A program made the position numbers and the translations under genes. 64,000 bases of DNA from Clostridia bacterium. GTDB taxonomy: Bacteria > Bacillota > Clostridia > Oscillospirales > CAG-272. This document shows, in pieces, positions 19,611-28,995 of this stretch; the stretch's first letter is position 1; every line of letters begins with the position of its first letter. The stretch lies in the NCBI GenBank assembly GCA_017461475.1, contig JAFTXX010000005.1, positions 29,918 to 93,917 of the forward strand, in the 5' to 3' direction. The notes under the pieces are model-generated. The model made no database searches and had not been told where the DNA came from. It worked only from the letters and a program-made list of their open reading frames with translations.

Positions 19611-20792
19611 TTAAAGTTTATCGTCAAAGTGGATGCGGAAGTTGTTTTTGCGGAGTATGCCCTGAAGCTCGGTCACGTCTACATCACGGGCGGCAATGCC
19701 TTTATCAATTGCGAGTACCGCGGCGCGGGCGGCAACTTCTGCGGTCTGACATGCCACGGGGATCACGCGGACTGCGTCCCATGCGTCGCCGTGAGCGGAA
19801 ATAACTCTGCCTGCGGCAAACATATTGGGGTACTCTGGCGAGTACAGCGTGCCGTAAGGAATCTCAAACCAATAGCCCTTATGACCGAAGTACGGGCATG
19901 TGCCTACCGAATCCTCATGCGGTTTATAGAGGTCGTCCATTGTAAGTTCATAGCCGCCGACGATATGTCTTATCATGCGGAACTGCGGCATCATGGGAAG
20001 TGCTACAATTTCCTGCTCGAGCGGATCTTTTGCCTTTACCTCGTCGAGCAGCATCTGCTGACCTTTGATGAGGTAGTTATTGACCTCATCACCCGTAACG
20101 CCCGCGTAATACGGGAATCCGTCGGGATGCCCCTGCCCTGTCATACCGCTGCCGCTTACATGCCAGCCGCGGATTTTGAGCATGTTATATTCCTTGCCCT
20201 TAGCAAAGGTTGTGATATGGGTATAATACGACATAAAATTCTCGCCGTCACGGCAGGGGGCGCCCGCGCGGTGGAACATAAGGCATGTACCGCTTGCGTC
20301 TATAAGCGCGCGGCAGGAATAATACTCGGTGCCGCCTACGGTTTCAACGGATACTCCCTTTACGGTTTTGCCATCCATATCGGGATATGTAGCAAGCGCG
20401 TCATAACGGATATCCGCGCCCGCTTCAAGAAGCATTTCCTGAAGTACAAGCGACATTACCGTGGGGGAAAAGTGAGTAACAAATCTTTTATCGGTGTCCT
20501 GCTCCCACACACCTTCCTTTTGCCAGCATTCGGGTATGCGATGCATGCAGTATTTAACCGTGCGGCGCAAAATCTCCTCGGAAACTCCCGAGATAAGCTT
20601 CTTGCCCTCGGCGTTGCAAAGGGGTTCCCACCAGTTGATAAGACCTATTGTGGCAAGTCCGCCGAGCGCCGCCGCTTTTTCGAACAGAAGCGTTTTTTTG
20701 CCGTTTCTTGCCGCGGTGACAGCGGCGGCAACACCTGCGACGCCGCCGCCGACAACTACGATATCATAATCTTTTTTCAAAATGCAGTTCAT
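19611..20792 (-). CDS. FAD-dependent oxidoreductase (FAD_oxidored/GIDA-like fold)
   Basis: DIVVVGGGVAGVAAAVTAARNGKKTLLFEKAAALGG dinucleotide-binding motif. 393 aa with no signal peptide. Its start overlaps the upstream stop (TAATG). Confidence 0.7.
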   Translation of the reverse strand: MNCILKKDYDIVVVGGGVAGVAAAVTAARNGKKTLLFEKAAALGGLATIGLINWWEPLCNAEGKKLISGVSEEILRRTVKYCMHRIPECWQKEGVWEQDTDKRFVTHFSPTVMSLVLQEMLLEAGADIRYDALATYPDMDGKTVKGVSVETVGGTEYYSCRALIDASGTCLMFHRAGAPCRDGENFMSYYTHITTFAKGKEYNMLKIRGWHVSGSGMTGQGHPDGFPYYAGVTGDEVNNYLIKGQQMLLDEVKAKDPLEQEIVALPMMPQFRMIRHIVGGYELTMDDLYKPHEDSVGTCPYFGHKGYWFEIPYGTLYSPEYPNMFAAGRVISAHGDAWDAVRVIPVACQTAEVAARAAVLAIDKGIAARDVDVTELQGILRKNNFRIHFDDKL

Positions 20793-22237
20793 TATTCATC
20801 CTCCGTTGCGACGATGTCAAAAACCATCATGGAACGCATGTGCGAATAGCGGTAATTCATATCGTCATACGAAATTGAAAGTTCAAACGGGACATTGTCT
20901 CCCTCGGATGCCGCAAGTCCCGACGAGTCGTAAATTGTGAAACGGTAATTATTGGGGTTTGCGGCATCGGGATTGATGCAACCGGTAACTACGATATAAT
21001 GCGTACCGTTGTAAGAATTCTGCATGCAGACTATAACGCCCTCGGGGTGCTTGTCAAGAGCCGCTTTGAGCGACGACTTGGTAACGCCGTAAGTTTGGGT
21101 GAACGTTATAGGCTGACCGTAGAGTGAAAACGCGGATTTAAGTGGTCCGTAATTAACCAAAATCGGATTACCGTAAAGCCTGCCGCCCGCGGTTTCAAGT
21201 CCGCGGTTGCCCGTATTTGCAAGAGAGGCAACATATGGGTCTACCTCAAGATATCCGTCCGCTTCAAAGCGGAAATCGTAACCTGCGTCATATCTCGCAC
21301 CGAGATTGTGGAGTACCATCGCAATTGACGTGAGGAAACAGCCCGAGTCCATCCAGTCAAGTCCGCGATTGTAGCCGTTGATGATATAACGCTGATACGC
21401 GCCGCCCGACTGGAAATACACGCCCGAAAGTTCGCCGCCGCGCCATCCGCCTGCCATGGCAAGATGCTGACTGTACCATGTAAAGGCTTCCTCGTCGACA
21501 ACGGTAATATCAATGCTTTCGCTGATATTGCCGAGCGTTGCGGTAACTGTGGCGGTGCCGACGCCGAGCGCACAGAATGTTCCGTCGGTATCTATCATTA
21601 CGACAGACTCATCGCTCGACGACCACTTGATGTAATTCTTCATGTACGAAGGCTTGGTAACAGCGTACACAGCGCTTACGCTGTTGAGTTTGACCTCTTT
21701 GGATGTATAAACGGTTTTAAGCTGAAGTGAGGTAACTTCTGCCTTGGAAAACTCCCATTTTTGTGCATCGGCATCGGTATGCTCCTCTGCGTTGACAAGC
21801 GATTTGCCATAGAGAGTTTCGGTGCTGACCGTGAGGACTTTGCCGTCTTTATCGGCTATCACATATCCGCCGTCCGAAGCGCTTATATTAAAATATGAAG
21901 CTTCGGAAATCTCCTCGGACTTTGATATCCTGCCGCCGTCCGACAAAAAAGCGCACTTTCCCGCTTCGCTTTGCGGGTAAAACAGATATGTGCCGTCGGA
22001 CTGCTTTAAAACGAGAATATTCTCGCCCTCTTCGCCGCTTGCCGCGTCGGTATATGCATAACCGCTGTCGGAGTAGGCAAAGTCAAAAGCGTTAAGATTT
22101 TCACCGTTGTACTTATTTGTCACGGTATATATGCCGTCGTCGAGTGCGGCGGCAGGCAGCACGTCGTTTGCAAAGATGCCGAGCGCAAGGCATACGGCAA
22201 CAGCAAGAGCGAGCAAAACAAATATATATTTTCTCAA
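20792..22237 (-). CDS. Secreted protein: beta-trefoil lectin-like domain, Big_2 domain and a C39-like cysteine-peptidase domain
   Basis: Signal peptide. QKWEF (QxW) at the end of the N-terminal domain. Big_2-like IKWSSSDESVVMIDTDGTFCALGVGTATVTATLG. C-terminal DSGCFLTSIAMVLHNLG plus GTHYIVVTG, a Cys/His papain-like pair. TTG start with a GAGAGGA RBS. Confidence 0.45.
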   Translation of the reverse strand: MRKYIFVLLALAVAVCLALGIFANDVLPAAALDDGIYTVTNKYNGENLNAFDFAYSDSGYAYTDAASGEEGENILVLKQSDGTYLFYPQSEAGKCAFLSDGGRISKSEEISEASYFNISASDGGYVIADKDGKVLTVSTETLYGKSLVNAEEHTDADAQKWEFSKAEVTSLQLKTVYTSKEVKLNSVSAVYAVTKPSYMKNYIKWSSSDESVVMIDTDGTFCALGVGTATVTATLGNISESIDITVVDEEAFTWYSQHLAMAGGWRGGELSGVYFQSGGAYQRYIINGYNRGLDWMDSGCFLTSIAMVLHNLGARYDAGYDFRFEADGYLEVDPYVASLANTGNRGLETAGGRLYGNPILVNYGPLKSAFSLYGQPITFTQTYGVTKSSLKAALDKHPEGVIVCMQNSYNGTHYIVVTGCINPDAANPNNYRFTIYDSSGLAASEGDNVPFELSISYDDMNYRYSHMRSMMVFDIVATEDE

Positions 22238-22309
22238 AAAATGATCCTCTCAATCAAAACAAACGATATGAGTATTTTACCACAGTGAGCCGTAGATGTC
22301 AACCTGGCG

Positions 22310-22555
22310 AAAATTAATGTTTAGCGAAGAAGCAAACATCTCCCCGCGAGATCCTTCACTCCGCCCATACTCGCTTTGCGAGTATGGCAGGAACCTTCGG
22401 TTCCTTGTGCTCCGTTCGAGGATGACAAGCGGGGGTTGCTGCAATGCGATAAAATAAGGATTTTTTAGCACTCTGCTAAATCCCGCCCCTTGTCATCCTT
22501 AAGCGCAAGCGAAGGATCTCGGGCGGAGATGTTAGTAACATAAACATTAATTTAC
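22310..22555 (-). repeat. MITE-like nested-palindrome repeat, copy 3 (long form with two-hairpin cassette)
   Basis: Same termini and arms as copy 2, plus CCATACTCGCTTTGCGAGTATGG and AGGAACCTTCGGTTCCT at 22365-22405. Confidence 0.9.
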
Positions 22556-22574
22556 CGTACTTACTAACTAAACT

Positions 22575-22609
22575 CCCCTGCAAAATTCTCTTGCGGATTT
22601 TGCAGGGGG
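22575..22609 (-). terminator. Hairpin downstream of the VanZ gene (no clear U-tract)
   Basis: CCCCTGCAAAAT-(11-nt loop)-ATTTTGCAGGGG, a 12-bp perfect stem. Confidence 0.35.
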
Positions 22610-22625
22610 TTATGAATATACTTTG

Positions 22626-23132
22626 TCATTTGAGTGACTTTGACTGATGTTTTATTAATGCGTATGCGCATGCGAGCACAAACACGGTGCCCGCGAGGAC
22701 GCCGCAACTATCGAGTATTACATCGGTGAAAAGCGGACCGCGACCGGGAATAAAACTTTGGTGAAACTCATCGCTAGCGGCGTAGAGCGCGCCAAAGGCG
22801 ACGGGAAGAAGTGTATGCATAAGCCATGCGCGTTTATGGTAGAGCGACGCGAAAGTGAAAAAAGCGCCGAGCGTTGCATACATGCAGAAGTGCGCGATTT
22901 TGCGGATTATGTGGTCAACGTCCGAAAGCACCTCTAACCTTTCGTCGTGTCCGAGGGTTTCAAAGTTCTTGACGAAAAGCGGTGCAACAATGTCGGCGAT
23001 GCCGCCGCTTCGCTCTGCGGAAACTATTGCGGGTTCATGCGACATACAGAATATGAACATTGACAGCGCTATGCAGAGTGCAACCGCAACTGCGTAAACC
23101 TTACGCGATGAATAAGCGCTTATTTTTTGCAT
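22626..23132 (-). CDS. VanZ-like family membrane protein
   Basis: RKIAHFCMYATLG and SDEFHQSFIPGRGPLFTDVILDSCGVLAG are typical VanZ motifs. Confidence 0.75.
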   Translation of the reverse strand: MQKISAYSSRKVYAVAVALCIALSMFIFCMSHEPAIVSAERSGGIADIVAPLFVKNFETLGHDERLEVLSDVDHIIRKIAHFCMYATLGAFFTFASLYHKRAWLMHTLLPVAFGALYAASDEFHQSFIPGRGPLFTDVILDSCGVLAGTVFVLACAYALIKHQSKSLK

Positions 23133-24250
23133 CTTTGATTATACCCATCCTCGTATATCTTTTCCATCTTGCCTGTCATTATTTTGCCCGTAAGTCGGCA
23201 GATATATTTGGAATATGCGAATTTCGCCATTTCGGTGAGCTTATCGGGGTTATCCATAAGCTTTTGAACAGCTTCGGCGAGATTGGATGCGCTCTTTTGC
23301 GGGATGATATAGCCGTTTTTGCCGTTTTCAATTATGAATGCGTTTCCGCCGTAATCGGTGGCTATGGCGGGTTTTGCAAGGCTCATTGCCTCAAGAAGCG
23401 CCATGCTTGTCGCCTCGGTGCCGAACGAGCAGTTGACGATAACGTCCATTGCCTTGATATACGGCGCAACATCGCTGACAAAACCGGGAAAAAGTACACA
23501 ATCGGTGAGACCATATTCGGCGGTTTTGGCTTTCAGCTCGGCTTCGGTCGTGCCTGTGCCGATAATAAGCACTTTGAGATTATCACAGCCACGCTCATGC
23601 AAAATTCGCGCCGCTTCAATAAGGTAGATATGTCCTTTGACCTCTTCAAGGCGAGCTGACATACCGACGACAAAATCACCCTCTTTAATGCCGAGACTTT
23701 CGCGGAGCGTTGCAAGTTCTTCATCCGAAACATCGCGGAGCGGCTCGGCGCCGTTGATAACCACCTCAATCTTCTTGGGATTTGCGCCCATTGCGGTGAG
23801 GTTATCTTTGGTGGACTCCGACACGGCGATCATCTGAGTTGAAAGCGTGTTATTGATAAATCCGCAGACATTTTTAAGCGGAAACCGTGTAAGAACAGCG
23901 CGCGGCGCAAATGTGGAGTGGCGGGTGTGAATGCGCACGCGCACGCCCGAGAGAAACGCCGCTATTCTCGCCGCCATTGCCGCATGGGTATGCACAATGT
24001 CAGGCTTCTCTTTTTTGAAAATCTTGCGATACTCACTTATCGCACCGAGGTCGAGCGACTTATCGGCACCGCCGTTTGTGCATATGCACTCAAATCCGAG
24101 CGCATCAATACGGGAGATAAGCGCACTTCCCGCGGGCAGTACAACCTTTACGTCAAAGCGCGAACGGTCAATATTGCGCAAAGTTGTAAGCAATACGGTT
24201 CCCGCACCGCCGATGTTGGTATCGCTGATAACGTGAATAACTTTTATCAT
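23120..24250 (-). CDS. Glycosyltransferase family 4 (GT-B)
   Basis: MIKVIHVISDTNIGGAG N-terminus. C-terminal GT1/GT4 core (FPGFVSD..., EATSMALLEAMSLAKPAIATDYGGN). Overlaps the murJ stop by 4 nt. Confidence 0.8.
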   Translation of the reverse strand: MIKVIHVISDTNIGGAGTVLLTTLRNIDRSRFDVKVVLPAGSALISRIDALGFECICTNGGADKSLDLGAISEYRKIFKKEKPDIVHTHAAMAARIAAFLSGVRVRIHTRHSTFAPRAVLTRFPLKNVCGFINNTLSTQMIAVSESTKDNLTAMGANPKKIEVVINGAEPLRDVSDEELATLRESLGIKEGDFVVGMSARLEEVKGHIYLIEAARILHERGCDNLKVLIIGTGTTEAELKAKTAEYGLTDCVLFPGFVSDVAPYIKAMDVIVNCSFGTEATSMALLEAMSLAKPAIATDYGGNAFIIENGKNGYIIPQKSASNLAEAVQKLMDNPDKLTEMAKFAYSKYICRLTGKIMTGKMEKIYEDGYNQRCKK

Positions 24251-25773
24251 TTTTTATCCTTCTTTAATATATTACGAATTTCTGTGGGTGAAAGAATTAC
24301 TATCAGAACGGCGTATATCACAACGCCTGCCGCGCCGACAATGCAAACACGGAGAATGTCGGAGCCAAGCATGAGGCTGCTGTTTGCAAAATAAACGCAA
24401 AAGCCCATTACCGACGCGGCAATGAGTGATTTTGCAATGTCAACAAAGTCTTTGAAATGAAGCAATGAGCCGCCGCGAGAAAGCAGAATATAGTTTAAAA
24501 CCGTGCAAACTGCAATGGTTATCGACGAAGCAAGCGCGATGCCGTCAAAACCGACGGTGTTTACCAAAACGGTAACAAGCGCAATGTTTACACAGATTGC
24601 CGTAACGGACGCTATCATAGGCGCTTTTACTTTCTGCATTGCAAAAAACAGTTTGGTAAGCACTTCGTTTGCCGACATAAACGGTATGCCGAGCGCAAGC
24701 AGTTTAAGTACGGAGGCGGTCATTTGCGCGTCGTGTGCGGTAAACTCGCCGCGCATGTAAATGGCACGCACGATAGGCTCGGCAAGCAGGAATATGCCCA
24801 CCGCAAGCGGGATCATAATGTAGAGCAGAATTTTGAGCGACGAGCCTGCAAATGTCCTTGCGCCCTCGCTGTTGCCCTCTGCCTCGGAACGCGAAAGTTT
24901 TGGGAAAAGCAGGTTTGTTGCTACAAATGAGAACACGCCGACAATAATGATATAAAGGTTATTTGCATAGTTGACCATGCTTATTGCACTGCCGTCTTCA
25001 AAACCCGACGCAAAGCGAGTGTTGATAACGTTGCACACAGGCTGAAGCCATGAGCATACCAGAATCGGCACAGCCATTTTGAGCGCGCGTATGATGTACG
25101 GGTCGTTAAACGCAAGTGTCGGCTTGAATCTGAATCCGAGTTTGTGCGCGGCGGGCGCTTGTATAGCCGCCTGCAAAAACCAGCCGATAACAAGCGATAC
25201 CGACAGTCCCCATATGCCGAACTTGCCACACAGAGTGTAGAAATACAACACCATAACAAGGTTTGACACAAGGCTCATTATCGCGGGGAGCGTGTATTTT
25301 TCAAAGGATTGCAGAACCCCGACATAACAGTATGCAATTCCCGTGAAAATTATCATCGGGAACATAATACGGCTCAGCGACGCGGCAAGCTCCTTGACAT
25401 CAGCGCCAAGTTCGGGCGCTAGGAAAGACACAAGCGGTGATGAAAACGCAATGCCGCAGACGGATATTACCGCGGTGATACAAAGTATGAGGTTGAAATA
25501 GCGATTTGCAAACGCAAACGCGTCGTTCTTCCCCTTTTTTACAATGATTTCGTTGAATATCGGAATAAACGCCGCGGTGACAACACCGCCGAGCGCAAAA
25601 TCAAAAAGTGTAAGCGGGAGACGGCTCGCCGCCTCGTATGCCACCGAGTCCATCGACGTACCGAAGTTTGACGCAAGCAGCATGTTGCGCAAAAGTCCGA
25701 GCGCCTTGGCGAGCACGGTTACAAAAACCATAAGTATCGCGGTAGATGCGATTTTCTTTTCCGCGGCTTTCAT
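24247..25773 (-). CDS. murJ: Lipid II flippase MurJ/MviN
   Basis: 508 aa polytopic protein. N-terminus ...VLAKALGLLRNMLLASNFGTSMDSVAYEAASRLPLTLFDF matches the MurJ signature. Confidence 0.8.
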   Translation of the reverse strand: MKAAEKKIASTAILMVFVTVLAKALGLLRNMLLASNFGTSMDSVAYEAASRLPLTLFDFALGGVVTAAFIPIFNEIIVKKGKNDAFAFANRYFNLILCITAVISVCGIAFSSPLVSFLAPELGADVKELAASLSRIMFPMIIFTGIAYCYVGVLQSFEKYTLPAIMSLVSNLVMVLYFYTLCGKFGIWGLSVSLVIGWFLQAAIQAPAAHKLGFRFKPTLAFNDPYIIRALKMAVPILVCSWLQPVCNVINTRFASGFEDGSAISMVNYANNLYIIIVGVFSFVATNLLFPKLSRSEAEGNSEGARTFAGSSLKILLYIMIPLAVGIFLLAEPIVRAIYMRGEFTAHDAQMTASVLKLLALGIPFMSANEVLTKLFFAMQKVKAPMIASVTAICVNIALVTVLVNTVGFDGIALASSITIAVCTVLNYILLSRGGSLLHFKDFVDIAKSLIAASVMGFCVYFANSSLMLGSDILRVCIVGAAGVVIYAVLIVILSPTEIRNILKKDKK

Positions 25774-25892
25774 TTACCTCACTCCTTAATTTTTTACATT
25801 ATGTTTTAGTATATCACAAACAGCGTCCAAACGCAACATTGTGAGAAAATCATTATAAATAAAAATATTTTTAAAAATTTACAAAATTCTAC

Positions 25893-25921
25893 TTGACTTA
25901 ATGGAAATGATGTGTTATACT
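25893..25921 (+). promoter_or_regulatory. Promoter of tRNA-Pro
   Basis: TTGACT - 17 nt - TATACT, ending 16 nt before the tRNA 5' end. Confidence 0.6.
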
Positions 25922-25937
25922 TATCAAGTGCTTAAAT

Positions 25938-26013
25938 CTGGGTGTGGCGCAGTTGGTAGCGCGCTACCTTGGGGTGGTAGAGGCCGCAAGTTCAAGTCTT
26001 GTCACTCAGACCA
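25938..26013 (+). tRNA. tRNA-Pro (anticodon GGG), CCA encoded
   Basis: Hand-folded cloverleaf. Acceptor CTGGGTG/CACTCAG; D arm GCGC-AGTTGGTA-GCGC; anticodon arm CTACC-TTGGGGT-GGTAG; T arm GCAAG-TTCAAGT-CTTGT; discriminator A plus CCA. 76 nt. Confidence 0.9.
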
Positions 26014-26017
26014 GCAT

Positions 26018-26049
26018 AAAAACGGATGACTTTTGTCATCCGTTTTTTG
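26018..26049 (+). terminator. Intrinsic terminator after tRNA-Pro
   Basis: ACGGATGAC-TTTT-GTCATCCGT followed by TTTTTT. Confidence 0.85.
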
Positions 26050-26264
26050 CTTTTCTCGGTGGCGAGTTTCTTGTGACTTGCGTTGAATCCGCAAGGATTC
26101 ATCAGGGGTTGCGCAGCAAGACCTTGCAAGTCTCAAGTCTTGTCACAGGGTTGATATTTCCACTTTTCTTCTACGTACATATGAGACGACAATGTTTTCG
26201 ACCGGGTGCGCGTGCACTTGCAAGTCTTAATAATGAACTCAGCTAACATCATTTTCATTTCCTC

Positions 26265-26293
26265 TTGACTTCCCTGCTTTACGGTGCTACACT
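26265..26293 (+). promoter_or_regulatory. Candidate promoter of the GNAT gene (implies a 5' UTR of about 150 nt)
   Basis: TTGACT - 17 nt - TACACT. Confidence 0.45.
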
Positions 26294-26445
26294 GATTTTA
26301 ACAGCCTACGGCTGAAATCTATTTTCGGAGTTTGCTTTTTGAAGAAAATCAACACTTATGGAATTGTTTTGTAAACGGGAGGTTTGCAAATACATTTCCG
26401 CACGCCTCTCGTGATTGACGGTCAACAATGATGAAAGGTTTTAAA

Positions 26446-27096
26446 ATGAAAAATTTGACTATACGTTTAGAAACAGAAAAAGACTACAAAGCGGTTGAAA
26501 ACTTAACGCGCGAAGCATTTTGGAACATGTACGTCCCAGGTTGCGACGAACATTATCTGGTGCATATGATGCGGTCACATGAGGATTTCATCCCCGAGCT
26601 TGCATTTGTTATCGAAAAAGACGGCGAGATCATCGGCAACATTATGTACACCAAAACAAAACTCGTTGACGAGTGCGGTAGCGAAAAACCGATTTTGACA
26701 TTCGGACCTATCAGCGTACTGCCTGCGTATCAGCGTCAGGGGTACGGCAAAATGATTATTGAACATTCGCTTGAAAAAGCGTTATCACTTGGTTATGACA
26801 CGGTCGTGATTTTCGGAAATCCGTCAAATTATGTGTCGCGCGGATTCAAAAGTTGCAAAAAATACAATGTATGCCTCGAAGGAGACGTTTTCCCCGCTTC
26901 GCTGCTTGTAAAAGAGCTTTGCGAAGGCGCGCTTGACGGGCGGAAACGATATTTCCGTGAAAGCACAGTCGGCGAGGTCTGCGCGGACACCGCGGCAGTT
27001 GCGGCATTTGACGCGACATTCCCACAAAAAGAAAAAGCATGGCAGCCGAGCCAGGAAGAGTTTTACATCAACAGCCATTCGTCGATTATAAGGTAA
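26446..27096 (+). CDS. GNAT-family N-acetyltransferase
   Basis: Acetyl-CoA motif VLPAYQRQGYGKMIIEHSLEKA (Q/RxxGxG/A). ATG at 26446 follows GAAAGG; the track start is 26428. Confidence 0.8.
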   Translation: MKNLTIRLETEKDYKAVENLTREAFWNMYVPGCDEHYLVHMMRSHEDFIPELAFVIEKDGEIIGNIMYTKTKLVDECGSEKPILTFGPISVLPAYQRQGYGKMIIEHSLEKALSLGYDTVVIFGNPSNYVSRGFKSCKKYNVCLEGDVFPASLLVKELCEGALDGRKRYFRESTVGEVCADTAAVAAFDATFPQKEKAWQPSQEEFYINSHSSIIR

Positions 27097-27104
27097 ACTA
27101 AACG

Positions 27105-27142
27105 TAAAAAATACCGATGAGCGAAAGCTCATCGGTATTTTT
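27105..27142. terminator. Bidirectional intrinsic terminator between convergent genes
   Basis: AAAAAA-ATACCGATGAGC-GAAA-GCTCATCGGTAT-TTTTT, a 12-bp stem with a GAAA loop. Confidence 0.85.
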
Positions 27143-28670
27143 ATTCTTCCATCGCGAGGAAGTTTGTGTTATAGAATTCGGAATTTTTCTGCATTTCTAT
27201 ATCGAGCACTTCAAAGCCGTAGATTTCGGTGAGAGTTTGCTCTGCGGAAAAGAGGTTTGTGCCGAGCGCAAGGCGGTCGCCTTCGATTTTTACGCCCATG
27301 GCGGCGAGAGTTGTGGGAAGCATGTCAAATGTGCCGAACTCGCGGTTCTTCTCATTTACGGGTTCTACTGCGGAATTGACAATACAGTTATATACTGTTC
27401 GAGTATAGTTTTCGTCGATATCATCGAGGAAATTTGCGTCCATTGTAAGGTGATCGCCGCTGATTACGATAGTTGTATTTTCGTAAAACGGTTGCTGTTT
27501 TACCCATTCGATGAAGTCGTACACCTGCTTTGACGAGCAGGAGAGCACATTTGCATACTGTTCGGCGTGCTCAGCGCCGCACTTTTCGCATACATAACCG
27601 TCGGGAAAATGAGTATCGGCGGTGAGCATTGTGAGATTGAACGGTTCCTCTTTGGCGGCGAGAGCGGTGAGTTCCTCTTTTGCAAACTCAAAGAGTTTTT
27701 CGTCTTCAAATCCCCACCACTCATAGTAGTCCTCGGGGAGTATGCCATCTTCTTTAAGCGAAATGATATCGACTATTTTATAATCGCCGTGTCCTACAAA
27801 ATATGACTCTCTGCCGTGAAACTCTGCCTCGGAGCCGACGAGAAGCGTTTGGTTATACCCTTTATTTGCGAGAATTTCTCCGAGAGAGGTTACGCCGGGC
27901 ATGAATCCTTCCTCATCGCCGTAAGCATCGGCACCGAGCGGAACCTTGACGGGAAGACCTGATGTTTGTGCAACCATTGCCGAAGCAGTCCATGTGGTAC
28001 CCGAATAGGAATATGCACCGCCGTTTGTATCGGTATTTGAAAAACTTACGTTTTCTTCGGCAAGAGCAGTAAGCTCCGGAATATAGTTTGCGGTGATAGG
28101 CTCTCCGGCGGAAGTATCGGCATAGGTGTTTTCCATTGATTCAAGGAAAATATAGATAAGATTTCTCTTATTCTGAGGGAAAGTGAGTTCCACGGTGTGG
28201 GGATCGGCGTAGTGTTCTTCTATAAAATCCGAGTCTGTATAAACAGTATCTACATAAGCAAGTACATCAAGCTGAACTGCGAAAAACGATGTGCAGAAGA
28301 TGAATATTGCAAGTGCGAGCGGAAGTGCTCTTCTTCTGAAAAATCCGCAGGCATTTGTGGTGCAATAAAATATGTAACTGCTATGACCGACAAGTTTTTC
28401 GGCGAGTCTGCCCGACAGGAGCAGATACAAAAAGATTTGCACGGCGGTGCTAACAATGCTGAGTCCGCCGACACGCAGTACTGCGCTCCCCGCTATCTCG
28501 TGGTTAACGCCCGAAGACGAGGTTTTTATCTGAAACAGGCACTGGTCAAGACATATTTTATCGTATTTTTGCAAGAGCCAAAGTGTGAGAAAAAAGAGTA
28601 TATTTCCGAGCAGCAAAAACACGACCGACAGTATATGTCTTCTTTGTGTTTTCTTCTCTGAAACTGTCAA
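27141..28670 (-). CDS. LTA synthase (LtaS)/sulfatase-family membrane enzyme
   Basis: N-terminal TM bundle and an extracellular alkaline-phosphatase-superfamily domain (LIYIFLESMENTY, TWTASAMVAQTSG, LTADTHFP, VISGDHL). TTG start with a GGAGG RBS. Confidence 0.75.
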   Translation of the reverse strand: MTVSEKKTQRRHILSVVFLLLGNILFFLTLWLLQKYDKICLDQCLFQIKTSSSGVNHEIAGSAVLRVGGLSIVSTAVQIFLYLLLSGRLAEKLVGHSSYIFYCTTNACGFFRRRALPLALAIFIFCTSFFAVQLDVLAYVDTVYTDSDFIEEHYADPHTVELTFPQNKRNLIYIFLESMENTYADTSAGEPITANYIPELTALAEENVSFSNTDTNGGAYSYSGTTWTASAMVAQTSGLPVKVPLGADAYGDEEGFMPGVTSLGEILANKGYNQTLLVGSEAEFHGRESYFVGHGDYKIVDIISLKEDGILPEDYYEWWGFEDEKLFEFAKEELTALAAKEEPFNLTMLTADTHFPDGYVCEKCGAEHAEQYANVLSCSSKQVYDFIEWVKQQPFYENTTIVISGDHLTMDANFLDDIDENYTRTVYNCIVNSAVEPVNEKNREFGTFDMLPTTLAAMGVKIEGDRLALGTNLFSAEQTLTEIYGFEVLDIEMQKNSEFYNTNFLAMEE

Positions 28671-28778
28671 AAGAATGCCTCCAATTTGAGATTTATTATC
28701 TATTACAGTTTACAATCAAGGTCGATTTTTGTCAATATGTTAAGGATTTATTTAATTAAAATTTAAAAATTGCGTAGG

Positions 28779-28983
28779 GAAATTAATGTTTAGAGTTTAA
28801 GCAAACATCTCCCCGCGAGATCCTTCACTCCGCTGCGCTCCGTTCGAGGATGACAAGCGGGGGTTGTTGCAACACGATAAAACAAGCCTTTTTTTAGCAC
28901 TTCGTTTAATCCCGCCCCTGTCATCCTTGAGCGCAAGCGAAGGATCTTGGGCGGAGATGGTAGTAACATAAACATTAGTTTAA
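28779..28983 (-). repeat. MITE-like nested-palindrome repeat, copy 4 (long form, no cassette)
   Basis: GAAATTAATGTTTAGAG..CATCTCCCCGCGAGATCC..GATGACAAGCGGGGG..CCCGCCCCTGTCATCCTTGAG..GGATCTTGGGCGGAGATG..AAACATTAGTTTAA. Confidence 0.9.
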
Positions 28984-28995
28984 TTCCCTTGCTTG

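Noticed and set aside
19629-20849. 406-aa ORF on the plus strand
   Set aside because: It is entirely antisense to the FAD oxidoreductase gene, which has a clear GGGVAG dinucleotide-binding motif. The translation is Cys/Arg/His-rich with no motifs and no RBS. This is a shadow ORF.
22277-22471. Small ORFs sharing peptides such as PPLVILERSTRNRRFLPYSQSEYGRSEGSRGEMF. Others lie at 47657-47941, 63489-63671, 28790-28975, 19322-19582 and 15806-16276.
   Set aside because: The similarity arises because these ORFs read through copies of the same DNA repeat, in different orientations and frames. They have no RBS or consistent start and stop, and the reading frames are broken in other copies.
25944-26246. 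100-aa ORF
   Set aside because: It overlaps tRNA-Pro and its terminator, so it is not coding.
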